Source: Octopus sinensis (taxonomy: Eukaryota). Taken from it: a stretch of DNA of 64,000 bases. The stretch covers positions 190,030,001-190,094,000 of the forward strand of contig NC_042998.1 in NCBI RefSeq assembly GCF_006345805.1, given 5' to 3'. Position 1 is the first letter of the stretch; every line of letters begins with the position of its first letter. Position numbers and translations under genes: made by a program. The notes under the pieces were generated by a model. That model did no database searches and had not been told where the DNA came from. It was given only the letters and a program-made list of their open reading frames with translations. Shown here piece by piece: positions 1 to 14,968 of this stretch.

Positions 1-230
1 CGTTCTGTTTTTAATTAATTTAAATTCCAGGAGTGTTTCTTTTAATTTTTTTTTACACAGAATAGATATTATGTTAATGATTTGTCACTATGAATTTTAA
101 TAAATTAATTTTTCTTACCTCACTAAATTCAGTATATTAGTATCCAGTTTGCTATTGATTTTCTTATACTGACAGTTTTTAACTAGGCAGTATGATTGAT
201 TTAGTGACTCCAGTATAAGATTAGTGTTTA

Positions 231-623
231 CTAGCAGTATCGCCCGGTGTTGCTCGGGTTTGTTTCGACCCTTTAGAATTGGAATTTTTTAAAGTAAAAA
301 TTTTGCATTATGTAGCTTATTATTCTCTTTAAGTGAACATTTTTCTGGTTGAAATACACCCAAAAATGGCGACACAGCAATAAAAAAAAATCGTAAAAAT
401 AGGGATTTTCATAGAAAAAAAAGCACCTTTTTGATGTAAATAATTTTTGGTCTTAACATGGTTCGATTTGAATTTTTTCTTCTACGGAAGGAAGAGCAAG
501 CCTTCTTCTATTATACTTTCAATTTTGGTCAACTTGTGCCGCAGAGTCTCAGAGGCGACAGTGTTAGTTAAAGGCTACCAAACCTGCCATACACAGACAA
601 CTTCAGCTTTATATAGAGAGAGA
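231..623 (-). mobile_element. Non-autonomous Helitron-like element inserted into a decayed SINE
   Basis: On the minus strand it begins A|TC (623), ends CTAG|T (231) and has a GC-rich subterminal hairpin (plus strand cccg-gtgttgct-cggg, ~243-258). There is no TSD. The rejoined flanks read as a degenerate SINE-B body. Confidence 0.7.
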
Positions 624-1129
624 TTTTAACGTTGCGAGCGAAATGACAGCTAAAATCAACTCCTATGAGATTTTTACTCATAATCTACAAGAACGAAATT
701 AAATACTGTAAACAATGCTTTATGACAGTCTATCATCTTACACCCTACTGTCTGTAAATATATAACGATAATTTTTATAACTTTATAGATGAGTTTGGTC
801 TTTGGCAGTAAGGGAAGAACTCTCGAATTGCTTTGGTCTTATTGGGTCACGTCAGTGAATCATAATAAATGTTATTTAGACCCAGCTCAGCCCTGCGTGC
901 AAGCAAAGGCTTACTAGCTCTAACAACCCAGTCTTTTAAGAATCAATCAATCTCCTTATCCAATATGATATGTCTACTCAGCAGAATGTTATGTGAATGT
1001 TGTTTGGCTGCCATTTCTAGTATGTTAAATGACTATGTAGACGCCCCTTTCTTAGCTTGTCAGAGTCAATGCAGGAAACATGCCTACTAATATGATATAA
1101 TATAAACATGGTCTATGGTATTCTATACT

Positions 1130-1150
1130 GTCTGTCTATCTATCTATCTA

Positions 1151-1211
<61 letters not shown>

Positions 1212-1216
1212 GTCTG

Positions 1217-1251
<35 letters not shown>

Positions 1252-1264
1252 GTCTATCTATCTG

Positions 1265-1299
<35 letters not shown>

Positions 1300-1485
1300 G
1301 TCTATCTATCTATCTATCATATATATACACAAATACATGCATATACATACATGCATACATGCACACACACAAAAAAACACGCACACACATACATGCATAC
1401 ATGCATACATGCATACATACATACATACTACATACATACATACATACATACATACATACATACATACATACATACATACATACGT
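1130..1485. repeat. Compound microsatellite (TATC)n then (TACA)n
   Basis: Directly visible; explains the IYLS/IHTY ORFs. Confidence 0.97.
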
Positions 1486-4400
1486 AGTCTGATATTACGT
1501 GATATACATGTAATCCAGCCAAATGTAGGATAGCCATTACACATTTCTTCTTTCCAGTAGGAATCAAAACAAAAATCATGCAATTCTCAAGTGGGTGGTC
1601 TTTTAGAAAAATCTATCTTACAGTGCAAAATGGGTGAGAAACAAAACAATATAATAGACAGCAAAGAGTAATGTTAATGGAAGTGAAAGTATGGATAGGA
1701 TAAGACACACAAATTGTAGAAGAAATAAAAATGACAGGATCGAAATAAGAGAATGATATACACAAAATACAGGGAGGAAATGGAATGTTGTTAAAGGAAA
1801 AATTAAACTGAACACCAGGAAAAAAAAATCAACTAAACTCTCATAAAACAGAATTTATAGTAATGTGTTTGAACTTGAGACTGTCAAATTGTATCGAACA
1901 ACCAACTCCGTCATTAACAAAAGCTCTCTACGGATATGCAATGAAAGATGGCGGTGTTTGTTAAGTATGACTAGAGTCCATTAGCTTGACTGACCGCAAT
2001 TTCTCTTGAGGGCATACTTTCCAAACCGAGTGTCTCCCGACACTTTTTATGTGCCTAACTCTCTCTAACAGAGTAGTAGTGTATTTGCTCTTTAAATATA
2101 ATAAAATGCAAGGTAAAAATAATAAAATTAAACAAACTCTAGATTTACAACAAAAAAAAGTTTTAAAAAATATATTTAATTTGAGACAACATGGAAAGAA
2201 TTAGCTCTAATTTTCAATGGGAAGGGGAGACGTGACTGTTCCACCTCCAATATTCTTATAAAGGTCGTCATATTACTCGTGGAATTGACTGTTTTGTTAA
2301 AACACTATAGGCGTGCTATATAACGTGTGTACATCAATGTATTTGTATTGACAACACAGCGACTTGAAATGCTGTTATGAACATTGCATATGCAGAAGAA
2401 AGAGTACAAGCTGTGTGTGCTTTTCTGGCATCGAGCATGTTATAAAACAGCCTAAATGAATAATCAAGCCGTGTGAATAAGCTGAAAAAAACCTGAAACC
2501 TAAATATTGATTTTCTTTTGATTAGACACATGGCTTCTGAATTAGAAGAGTAATGGGGTATTGCGACATTCAGACCTTTTCCGTAGATTCTATCGACGTA
2601 CATGAAATGACACTGAAACCAAGTCGTGCACTTTGCGGGACACTTAAAACATATGACACGTTTAAATGAAGAGTTCAATATTCTACCGAGCTAAGTTCGA
2701 CATAGAGGTGATGGAATTGTGCCTTGGTGTGAACGTTTCTATCAGTGACAACGCCCACTGGCAAACCTAAACTCAGCACTGTAAGCCAGCGAAAAACACG
2801 TTTCGCTGTATAAGGTTTTACCGACGCAAACCATCACCAGCTTCCTCGAACGATGTTTATAAAATGCTTTTTCCCTTAATTTAACTCAGTGCTAATCCAG
2901 CAAACCAATTATCAAAGACACTACAGCCATGACCATCACATCTTTTTTCTGCTGTTACTTAGGTCCGACTACATTATTCAATGAGTTAAAGACGGTAGGT
3001 GTGACTCATGACAGAGATTTAGTTGCTATTTCTCGCGGGTCACTGACCTTATAGAGGATCTTTCATTGATTTGATAATAGAAACGTAAATCTTCTGTAGT
3101 ATTTAGTTTCAATACCGTTTTATGAAGTCAAATTCTACAAAAACAAACAACATATTCTCAACCCAAGGAACATGTGAGTTCATAATATAAGTAATAACGA
3201 GAATCATATCAGGAAGTTCTGAGTGCGTGTGTGTAGTGAGAGACAGAGAAGACACACTGGAGTAAGACAAAGTCTTTCAATGTCTTGTGATAGCTATTGT
3301 ACTCCAGGTAAACCGAGGTCGAAGACCGAAGTCGAAGGCGATCACTAGTCAAATTTGTAAATCCATGGTTACAGTACTCAGTTAAGATCGTGTTTATTTA
3401 CAGAGTAATACATAAAATACACATAAATAATGTATTATATGCATTCATTTATTTATTATAGGCTTACAGCTGCATTCATTCTTCAATTTCATCAATCAAA
3501 AGATTGATAAAACCGAACCATGAACACACCTAAATGTATTTCGGAAACAGCTGTATGCCTATAACAAATATATAAATTTATATAACCTATTATACCTGTC
3601 TATTTTACGAGTGTATATACATATATATACATATACATATATATGCACACTCACTCACACATACACACACACATACACACATGTATATTCATAAACAAAA
3701 GTGGTTGTAATTATTTAATTTACAAAACATGAATTATATATTCAAGTTTTATCTTTACAGCTGTTTCGTTTAAACAATGACTGTTGCCATAACCATGTAT
3801 ATCACGCCAGTCATTGTTCATCAGAAACGGCTGTAAACATAACACTACATTACATCATTCATATTTTGCTTTGCATACGACACTTTGCTGGTAAGTGCAC
3901 ACATAAATATGTATGTACATATGCATTTGTGCTTGTGCATGTGTATATATGTGTGAATAGCCATTGAATTAGATTTTGACGTGTGTACTCTCATACAGAC
4001 ACATGCACATACCAACGCCAACACACTCTTTCCCTCTTTCTTCCTCACTCTCTTTCTCTTTCTCTTTCTTATCCCCCCCCCATCTCTCTCTGTTCTTTTC
4101 TTATTCTAGCATATGTACTCTCAAATACTCACACACATGTAACCTGCACAATTACAATGGTGATTTCGCTAAAATTTATTATAAAGTTTTCATAAGAATT
4201 TATTTACCTTTTCTGAATATGTACCTTTTCTGAACATGTACCTGTGTGTGTGTGGGGGGGGTGGATTTGAGTATGTATGTATATGTGTTCTGGCATATTA
4301 TCGATTCTGCCAGCTTGCTGCCTTAATCTTGAATTTAGTATTAAAATAAACACAAATTTAATGAACTAATACTATTGTCTTTCCATATTTCCCGATATTT

Positions 4401-5009
4401 TCTCTAATTATCTTTAATATATAACGTATATGAAAAGAAAAATCTTTGGCTTCCACATAACAGGAAAACGTCCTTTTCAGCTTATATACTGGCCACGTGT
4501 CATGTCGTTCTTTCAAGTTGGCTTTACGACAGCAGTGTGTCGTCTGTTTAGTGTATTTTCTCTTTGTAGTATTTCTATCTTCCTCTCCTGAACTTTCACG
4601 CTCTATCACTCTTTCTTTCTGTCTTTTCCATCAATTGGTGACATGTTCATTCACTCTCTTCCTCTCTTCTTACTCTTTGCCCTCTTTACGTCCACTGTAG
4701 CATTATCCTGCTTTCTTACTGACTCTCCCTTGTTGCTCATTACTCACTCTTTCTCACTTTCTAGCTGTTCCTTACTCATTTCTTCTAGCTTTCCTACTCC
4801 TGCTTCCTCATGTCATATTCTCTGGTATTAGTCAAGGGTGCATTAGAAGATGAGAGACTATCAAATCCAATGTTCGAAAATAACCTTTGAAATGGGAGAA
4901 ATGGAGTGTTTTCTAACCATGTATGTTCCGGACCAATACACAAATCTAAGACACAGGAATGGTCATATATAGATTGGTCTTGGTCATAACGATGTTCATT
5001 CTATGATGC

Positions 5010-5455
5010 CTAAGGCAACAGCATATACATATGGAAGGACTTGTCCCAAACTTTGGCATCGAGAGTTACACAAATACTAGAACTGGGCGCCACTGCATAG
5101 TGCCAAGGACTCCAAATTTGCCATCAAGATGTAGGACAAGATGCTGCGATAGCCTGGGCTTCAAAGGTCCTCAGCTCGTCAATATCCTCCCGAAGGACCT
5201 GAGAGACCTGCATGGGGTGGATGCGGATGTCTTTAAAATAAAGCTGGACCTCTTTCTGTCAGTTGTCCAGATGAACCAACTTCACGGCAGGAGGTGCAGA
5301 TGAGGGCAGCTGCATCAAACTCTCTCATGCACCAAATGTCAATTGCTAAAAAGCATTCGTGAAGTAAAATCATGTAGCAACACCGAATAGCGGTACCCCA
5401 GCATGGCCACAGCTCGTGAGCTGAAACTAGATGAAAATGAAAAAAAAATGAAAAA
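5010..5455 (+). mobile_element. 3' end of a CR1/L2-group LINE (ORF2 C-terminus plus 3' UTR), 5'-truncated
   Basis: EGLVPNFGIESYTNTRTGRHC...LGFKGPQLVNILPKDLRDLHGVDADVFKIKLDLFLSVV, then (frameshift) PDEPTSRQEVQMRAAASNSL, is a typical CR1-group ORF2 tail. It is followed by GCGGTACCCCAGCATGGCCACAGCTCGTGAGCTGAAAC and a short repeat tail. Confidence 0.85.
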
Positions 5456-5834
5456 TATACCCACACATAATTATATCTTGGATTTTATAATATATGATTG
5501 TATTAAGTTAGACGCTGTTAAGTTCTATTTCACAAGCGACGTTTACAAAGGGTGAACTGGATAGAATACTAAACTTTATACCTCTTTCTGTTCATGCGGC
5601 ACCGACTGCGTCTATTCCTTCTGACGGACTGAACATGCCTAATTGAAATCCTGACACAAACGCCATTAGACCCCCACCCTCAAGCATAATCATTGGAAAC
5701 ATCACATCATCTTCACCATCATTATCCTTCTCCTCTCTTCCCTTCCTCTTCCTCCTCCTCGTTATCATCATCATCATCAGCAGCAGCAGCATCATCATCA
5801 GCCTCATCATCATCCTTATCAATTTAGTTCCTTT

Positions 5835-6100
5835 TGTTGCTTCCATCTTTCAGGATCAAAAAATTTAAAGTACCAATCAAGAACTGAGGTCGATGTAAAC
5901 GTCTTTCCTCTACCTCGAAATTCTGGGCTATTGCGAAAATCTGAAACCAATAGCAACGCCGGAGAAAATGCTTGGCGGCATTTCTTCTGACTTTACGTTC
6001 TGAATTCAAATTTCACCGAAGTCGATTTACCATCCATCCATCCTTTCGGAGTGTCGATAAACATATAATCGATTAACAGCCTCCCTCCAAATTAAAGCTT
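5835..6100 (+). mobile_element. Two degenerate SINE-B fragments
   Basis: Diverged matches to the motifs ttacgttctgagttcaaatt, gaggtcga and catcctttcgg..gtcgataaa. Confidence 0.6.
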
Positions 6101-7909
6101 TGAAAAAATGTACAGCTTTGAAACAATTGTAAAACAGTGGTGGAATGGCAGAATCCTTAGAGCATCGAGCAAAATGCCATGCGGTATTTCTTTCGGTTCT
6201 TAACTTACTGAGTTCACATCCCACTGGAATTGCCTTTCATAATTCTGGGATGATGAAAATAGAGTAGCCGAAAAATACTGGGGTCAATTTAATTGAGTAA
6301 CTTCTCCCCAAAATTTCTGACCCTTTGTCTATGTATGAAATTATATTTACCGTTATTAGTGAAGCGCTATATACTGGAATAGATTTAATCGACTGTGACC
6401 ATCCCCTACAAATGAGTGGCTTTGAGCCATATTAGAAATCAATAACAGCATTGCATACTTCGGTTATCCTTCCACTATTTAACTGTGGAATTAAGATCTG
6501 ATCACCATTTACTTATATGCTATGCACATACATACCCAGACAGACAGTGACAGATTCACATTGTCGCACATTTATTTAATAATTCTGTTTAATAAATGCA
6601 TTGCTCTAGCTATCGCTTTGAAAGTGACACTGACTGTAAATTCTTTTGATGTATTTGAAAGACACAAATTCATTCGATACCATGGAAGATGGCTTTCACC
6701 CTTAAGATCTCATTAAAGGTCTTACGTTTTACAGTCACCTTCTTTAATACTGAATAAGAGGAAACATGTTTAAACTCAGCTTTTGATTGTGGGTTTTCTA
6801 AGTTTGTTTTCTAAATCACTGAATATTTCGTCTACACAAGAAAAGTATTTCTTTGGTTATAGAGTTTTATTTGGTTGCTCGACCTGCTAGAAAAATATCC
6901 AAATCTCAAATTACACCAAACTATCGTAAAAGCAGAACACACCGGATTATGTAGATCAAGATGCATTATAGCCGACATATAAAAAACAGATGTTTTGGAA
7001 TGTCTTTGATATCTAATGGGAACTGACGTGAGGTTAAACAGCAACGTCAATAACAAAACAGTTCACATAAGAAGGTTTGGAAATTAGGAACAGGTAAGAC
7101 AATCTACCTTAGTGATACTTAATCTTTTCTTCAAAGAAGAGACCTACCTAAACGTGACAAATCACACCACCTCATGACCATCTAATTTATTAATGTTATT
7201 AATAGCTTGATCTTTTTTTTTACTAACATAAACCATCACTAGTTTCCTCAGACTTTACTTTTATTGTCTTCTCTTTTTTATATCCAATCACAATTGTACA
7301 CAATGAATCATTAAACTGTTTACGAGATGTAGAAATCGCTGTGGAGCACCGAAGGTCGACTCGTATGTTTATTACTCTAGGGATCCGTTATGACTCAGAT
7401 GAACATATTTCCTATCAATATGAATAATATATGGAAAGTGGTACTCATTTCAAGATGAGAGAATATTGAATCCAATGTTCGAAAATAACCATTGAAATGG
7501 GAGAAATTGCGTGTTTTATAACTACGTACGTTCCGGATTTATACAGTAATGCAACAGTCAAAATAACGCGTGATAATCTATCAAAACCAATTCAAGGTTA
7601 GTCAATGGCAATGAATGATTTTTGGTTGTTTTTTTTTTAATCTGTTGATTAGAAATTCTTCGGGACTGAATAATTCAATAGGGTAACGAGTGTGTGGTTG
7701 ATGTGAACTGTAAATGGTTACGGATAGAAGATGGACGGGAAATGTTAACAAGGAGGGATGTAATTTTATGAAACAAAGGTTAAAAAAAATAATATTTCTC
7801 ATTCGGAACTTTGCACCGTATTTTGCCAAACTAATCTTTTCCAAATTTAGGGTCACCATTTAATCACGGTTTCTGTACCGTTAAGTGAATAGGGATAATA
7901 ATAATAATA

Positions 7910-7945
<36 letters not shown>

Positions 7946-8063
7946 GATAATAATAAGAAGAAGAAGAAACGAAGAAGAAGAAGAAGAAGAGAATAATATA
8001 TATATACTGAATAATATAAAACATGTTTTAAAACTCAGCTTTTGATAGTGGGTTTTCTTAGTT

Positions 8064-8123
<60 letters not shown>

Positions 8124-9179
8124 ACATATAGTTAGTCGTTGGACAATCGCTGTCATCCTTCGGAATGAACCACCGAAATCAGCACAGCTAGCGAACAAAG
8201 TATTGTGCAGTTGATGTTTACACCAATGAGCTATAACTCCTTCGGTTTGTATTGAAAGTTTGGTGGACTTGGTTGGTGTTAGTCAAAAGTTTTCGTCCAA
8301 AACACCATGGAGAGCATGACCTACAGCCGCTTGTCTTAGCGCCCCATACTCTACCGTTTCAGTCAACACTGTTCTCGTATTCGAAACTTATTGGATGCAA
8401 TAATCAATACCTACAGTATACACTGCAGAACACGAAATATTGATAATCTGTCAACATTTGACTCCGATGTAACTCAATTAAAAACAGAAAGGAAAAAAAT
8501 TAAGCTACGTTAAATAAACATGTTAGATAAACTAAATGAAACAAGGTTTATACGAGATTAGCTCAGGAAGAGTAAATATCTATCGAGCGGACAAGGATCT
8601 TTATCGAAGCGGAGAGAAACTTTGCAATGACCATATTGGTGTATTTTGTATCTTTCCCCTTGATTCAAGGTTCACCAGTTTCACATATTTGAAAGATTCT
8701 TCATTTCTGTATTTGTATTAAGACTCAGCATTTCGGCTGCAACAAACATCACTACTGCTTCTCTTGTTATAGTAGACTGATGATAGATTGGTTCAAAACA
8801 AGTCAGAGCATCACTTCTCCACTAGAGCGCAATAGTCCGCAGAACATTTGTCAAACCTCAGTCTGTCGGAAGTATGCTACCAAGTAACTAGGTTGCATAT
8901 AAACGTACTGTTAACACACCTACAACTTATTAACAGAACTAGCCACCCAAAAATTCATCATATATGCTAATCGATCAATCCGTTTTACTTAAACTTTTAG
9001 TAATAATGGATTTATAAGCAGTACCTCAGTGGACAGAGAGGGATGATTCAATTGCTAAATCTCAATACAAAGTTGAAACTACTTTAACTGATCTTTGTTA
9101 TTTTTTTCTTTCTGTCTACGAAGATGTGAAGATTTTGTATGTAAGGCAAGGTCTGTACGTCGGTCTATTAAGAAACAAA

Positions 9180-9208
9180 TAATAATATGATAAATAATAA
9201 TAATAATA

Positions 9209-9241
<33 letters not shown>

Positions 9242-9268
9242 GAATAATAATAATAATAATAATAATAA

Positions 9269-9318
<50 letters not shown>

Positions 9319-9415
9319 CTCGTAGGATAAATGATGTTAGTAAGTTAGACACGGACTAGGCCAAACTTTGGCTGGAACAAATCTGTTTTTTTTTAATCTA
9401 AGTTTGTATATATGT

Positions 9416-9447
<32 letters not shown>

Positions 9448-9730
9448 TGTGTGTGTGTGTGTTGTGTGTATGTGTGTGTGTGGTGTGGTTTGTGTGTGTG
9501 TGTGTTTATATTTTCATTGATTTTAACGTGCGAAAAGTACTCAGTAACATAGATGTGTGTACTAATTATTTGATCTGATCCAGAGTAACAGATTATTACT
9601 GGATCAGCCGAAATATTGCGTGTGCATGTGTGCGCGTACGCATGACTGCGTAGGTGTGTGTGTGTGTGTATGTGTGTATGTGTGTGTGTGTGTGTGTGTG
9701 TGTATGTATATTGTGTGTGACTGTAAGTGT
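9180..9730. repeat. (TAA)n and (TG)n microsatellites
   Basis: Directly visible. Confidence 0.93.
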
Positions 9731-10339
9731 GTGCCTGTGTTGAAGAGGATCAATATAGATACACAAATGGAACTTAGAACAGACTTATGAACGTAGTAGA
9801 GGAGTAGATAATAGTACCATCTGTGCCACTATAGCTTCAGTACAAAGCAGTTGAAAACAATGAAACCATTAACAATAGAAACAAAACAACACTAACAACA
9901 ACAACAACAACAGACACAGCACGATACTGACATACAGACATGTATGGCTACCTGCTGGCAAGACATGTAAGCTGGCATCAATTTAAGTAAGAAACCATTA
10001 GATATATTAGAAATGGTAGATAAAATGGTAGTTGTACTGTAAATCCATGTTTAGTGCAGCATGGAATTTTTCCTGCCGACGGCCAGTCTCCTCGTTCGAT
10101 TTCAGGTCCCCACTGATTTGGAGTTAATAAACCCAGCAGGTAATCAGAGACTGGAACAGTCACGGTTCTCAATGTCGCTGTTTCCTGCTACGTGAAGGAT
10201 GTGAAGGTGGGCGTGTGTGTGAGATTTTCTATGTGTGCGTGAGCGTGCAGATAGATACGTGTACTATTGTACTATATTTGATGTGCGTGTGTTTGTATAT
10301 GAGCGTAATATGCGCGAGAATGTATATGAATTTATGTAA

Positions 10340-10372
10340 ATGTGTGTGTGCGCGTGTGCATGTGTGTTTATC

Positions 10373-10406
<34 letters not shown>

Positions 10407-10494
10407 TCGCATACAAACACATACATGTATATATATATATATGTATATAATATATATATATACATACGCGCATACAAACACATACATGTATATA

Positions 10495-10537
<43 letters not shown>

Positions 10538-10764
10538 TATATATAGTATGTATCATGTATGGTATGTATATATGTAGTATGTATATGTATGCATGTATGG
10601 TAGTATGTATGTATGTATCTATCTATATTTATATATATATGTATGAATGTATGTATGCCTCTATGGATATACTATTTGTAGATTGTATTCATTATATATA
10701 TATAGTATTAATATATTATTATTCTATATATATAATATATATTAGATAATATATAGATATATAT

Positions 10765-10808
<44 letters not shown>

Positions 10809-11099
10809 TGTATGTATGTGGAGAAGAGATGCAATGTGAGAGACTGAAAACCAGAGATGTACAGACTACGAGGGATGTTGGAGAGATAATTTTTAGCAAG
10901 ATTATCAAGAACCGAGTAGATAACAGCATATGACCGTATTAACAAAAGAAAGTCTTGAAAAAAAAAAAAAGGAAAAGAGAATAAAAGTAGCAGAGAAACC
11001 ATTAATTCCTTTTCTAAAGGAAATTATGAATTATAAACAATACCCCGTAACACTTTATGTGCACACTGCGTGCATGTGCGCATGTTATATGCTAGTTAT

Positions 11100-11180
<81 letters not shown>

Positions 11181-11181
11181 C

Positions 11182-11213
<32 letters not shown>

Positions 11214-11214
11214 G

Positions 11215-11256
<42 letters not shown>

Positions 11257-11581
11257 AACATAAGGTAGGTAGGTGGTATCTATATGCTTAATCCTCTAGC
11301 CGTTTTATATATTTATCATTTTTAATGCCAAATATTGAAGTATGAAACATAACTGGCCTTCAATATTTGAATCTGCCAATCGATATAAATGGGGATTCTG
11401 TTGAATAATATATAAGGCTCGGTATTTTATTGTTTTTTGTAAAGTCTGCAAATAATACATGTTCCTGCTATGATACTGATAGCTTTCATTGAAATGCTAC
11501 ACTTTTTTTTTTTTCTACTTGCTCTCTCCCCGTTTCCTGTGTTTTAAATATTTTATATCTCGTGTGTATGTGTTATATTAT

Positions 11582-11616
<35 letters not shown>

Positions 11617-11729
11617 GATATATATATATATATGTATATATATATAACATATTATATACATATATATATACCTATATATATACATATATATATATATATA
11701 GTATATATTATATATATTATATATATTAC

Positions 11730-11764
<35 letters not shown>

Positions 11765-12137
11765 AATACATAAATATATATGCATGTGTGTTTATATATA
11801 TATATATATATATATAAAATAAATACATACATATATATATATATGCATGTATGTATACATATATACATAATATATATGTATATACATAAATATATATACA
11901 CATGCATAAATATATACATACATTGTGTGGTATGAATATATGTGTACATGTATATGTGCATATACATGCATATACATGTATATAAACATGTATATATATA
12001 TATGTGCATATACATACATATATATGTATATATTTGTATATAAATAGGTATATATATATATATGTGTGTGTGTGTGTATGTTTATACGTATGTATTGATG
12101 TGTGGATATATGTATACATGGTGATGTGAATGCTTGC

Positions 12138-12176
<39 letters not shown>

Positions 12177-12661
12177 CGTGTCTGTGTATGCACAATACAG
12201 ACACACACACACATACATGCTTTATATGATTTATTTATTTATTATGCATCTGTGCTCGTTTAGCTTTTGCTGTTTACGCTTTTCGCTTTCACTCCAATTG
12301 TCACTGAGGAACATTACTTGCTGGTGGTGGTGGTGGTGGTGGTGGTGGTTTTGGTGGTGGTGGTGTGGTGGTGGTGGTGGTGTGGGTGGTTTTGGTGGTG
12401 GTGGTGGTGGTGTTGGTTTTTGGTGGTGGTGGTGGTGGTGGTGCAGTATACTCCTTCTCTGTTAGTGTTTATGTTTGTTTATTTTTGTTTTGCGATTGTT
12501 GAATTTATTGTCACCGTATGAATGATTCCGATCGCGGGGGGGTTGGTAGGCGGGGGTTTAAGAGGACAGGGATTATTATGAGAAAGATGAGGAGGTTATA
12601 TGATGTGTTAACGCATGTACATCCATATATACATACACACACATATATATATACATATACT

Positions 12662-12694
<33 letters not shown>

Positions 12695-12699
12695 ATAAT

Positions 12700-12738
<39 letters not shown>

Positions 12739-12747
12739 CTATATATA

Positions 12748-12782
<35 letters not shown>

Positions 12783-12821
12783 AATATACACAAATATATA
12801 TATATATATATATACATATAT

Positions 12822-12870
<49 letters not shown>

Positions 12871-12871
12871 G

Positions 12872-12903
<32 letters not shown>

Positions 12904-12970
12904 TATATATATATATATATAAATATACACACATAATATATATATATACATATATATACACACACCACAC

Positions 12971-13019
<49 letters not shown>

Positions 13020-13147
13020 TAAATACATATAGATCTATATATATAATATATATTATATAATATCTATATATATATAATAGACATATATATATATATATAT
13101 AAATATAACACACACATATATATTATATATATATACTATATACACAT

Positions 13148-13179
<32 letters not shown>

Positions 13180-13923
13180 CTATATATATATATACCACAT
13201 GTATATACATGTGCGTGTGTGTGTGTGTGTGGAGTTTACTGGCTGGTTGACAGGTTGGCAGGTTGTCGGTTGCTTAGTTGAGAGGAGGGACGAAAGGAAA
13301 GGAAAAGAAAGAAAAAAGAACAGAAAAAAAAAAAAAAAACAAGGGACGGATTGCACCACTGTCGATCGCTGCCTCTGCCTCTGCCGCTGCTGCCCTCTAC
13401 AGGGAACGACCGACGACTCCCACGGCTGCTGCTGCTGCTGCTGCTAGATATCCGGATGTCTCTATTGTCTAAGCATTGTGCGTGCTATCTGTATTACTGT
13501 TGTTTTCCACTGCTACAGATTGATAGCTTGATACAAGCCTAACATTTCTACACCATCGTGTGGTTGATTTTTTTTTTCCTTTTCCGTCTCACTCACGCGG
13601 AACGACACAATCTGTTCAGTGATATAATTCATGTGTCTCTTCTGTATATGTGTGAAGAGACTGGCTTGTGCAGTGAAGTGTGAACTGTTCCTCCACATAG
13701 GACTCTTCTGTGTATTTTAAACAAGGAAGACAAACAAACTACGCACTGCTATATGACAACACAACACGATTTAGCTTGGCTTTTACCACTATATATATAT
13801 TATATATATATATATATATTATATATGTATGTATGTATGTATGTATTTATGTATGTATGTATGTATGTATGTATGTATGTGTGTATGCATACTCGCATGT
13901 ATGTACGCACATTTAACATTTAT

Positions 13924-13954
<31 letters not shown>

Positions 13955-14388
13955 TATAATATATATGTATATATATATATGTGTATGTGTGTGTGTGTGT
14001 GGTGTATGTTTGTACGTATGTATTTATGTGTGGATATCTGTATACATGCTGATGTGAATGCTTGCATATATATGTGTGTGCGTGTATGTATAGGTGTGTA
14101 CGCACATATGTGTGTGTATACACAGACATGTGTTTAACTATATGCAAGTATGTGTATATATATATATATACACACATAATTTTTGTGTCTATATGCATAT
14201 GTCCCTAATTAGCGCTTTTTGTATATTTGGTTGTACGTTGCTTGCATGCTTGGTTTGTGTGTGTGGTGTGTTGGTGTGTGTGTGGTGTGTGGGTGTGTGT
14301 GTGTGTGTCTGTGTGGTGTTGCGTGTGTGTGTGTGTGTGTGTGGGTGTCTGTGTGTGTGTGTGTGTGTCTGTGTGTTGTGGTGTGTGT

Positions 14389-14427
<39 letters not shown>

Positions 14428-14486
14428 TGGTGGGTGTGTCTGTGTGTGTGTGTGTGGTGTGTGTGTGTGTCTGTGTTTGGTGTTGT

Positions 14487-14554
<68 letters not shown>

Positions 14555-14570
14555 ACGCGCGCACGTTGTG
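10340..14570. repeat. Dense block of (TA)n, (CA)n/(TG)n, (TGTA)n and (GGT)n microsatellites with short unique islands
   Basis: Directly visible; source of the IYIY/CVCV/HTHT/WWWW ORFs. Confidence 0.95.
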
Positions 14571-14920
14571 TTTGCGCCATTTGAATCACTTTTGAGGCTC
14601 TAAACAAATTCTGAAATATTTCACGAAATGTGAAATATGTTTTTTTTTTCAAAATTTGGATGAAGGATGGAGTAGTGAGTGTTGTGTAGTAAGGTGTGAC
14701 TATAAGGGATAGATGAGTTAGGGGTGATATACTGAGTGATGGGCAATGAGAGGGTGGATATTGAAGGGTCGGGAGTAAGTGAGTGAGATCGGATATTGAT
14801 CTACAGAAAGGGATTGTTTTACATCTCTAAAGGGTAAATATACACACCAATTCATGTACAGGCATACATATGCATGTATGTATGTGCGTGTATGTGTATT
14901 CATGCATACATACGTTCACC

Positions 14921-14954
<34 letters not shown>

Positions 14955-14968
14955 GATATATATATATA

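Noticed and set aside
2334-2678. 114-aa minus-strand ORF
   Set aside because: No recognisable domain or supporting splice sites.
2795-2850. Minus-strand HHR-like CTGGTGA...GAAACGTG
   Set aside because: The core is mutated, stem II has unpaired extra sequence, and the cleavage triplet is GUG.
9578-9618. CTGATCCAG hairpin followed by CCGAAATAT
   Set aside because: Possibly an HHR stem II remnant, but no CUGANGA core precedes it.
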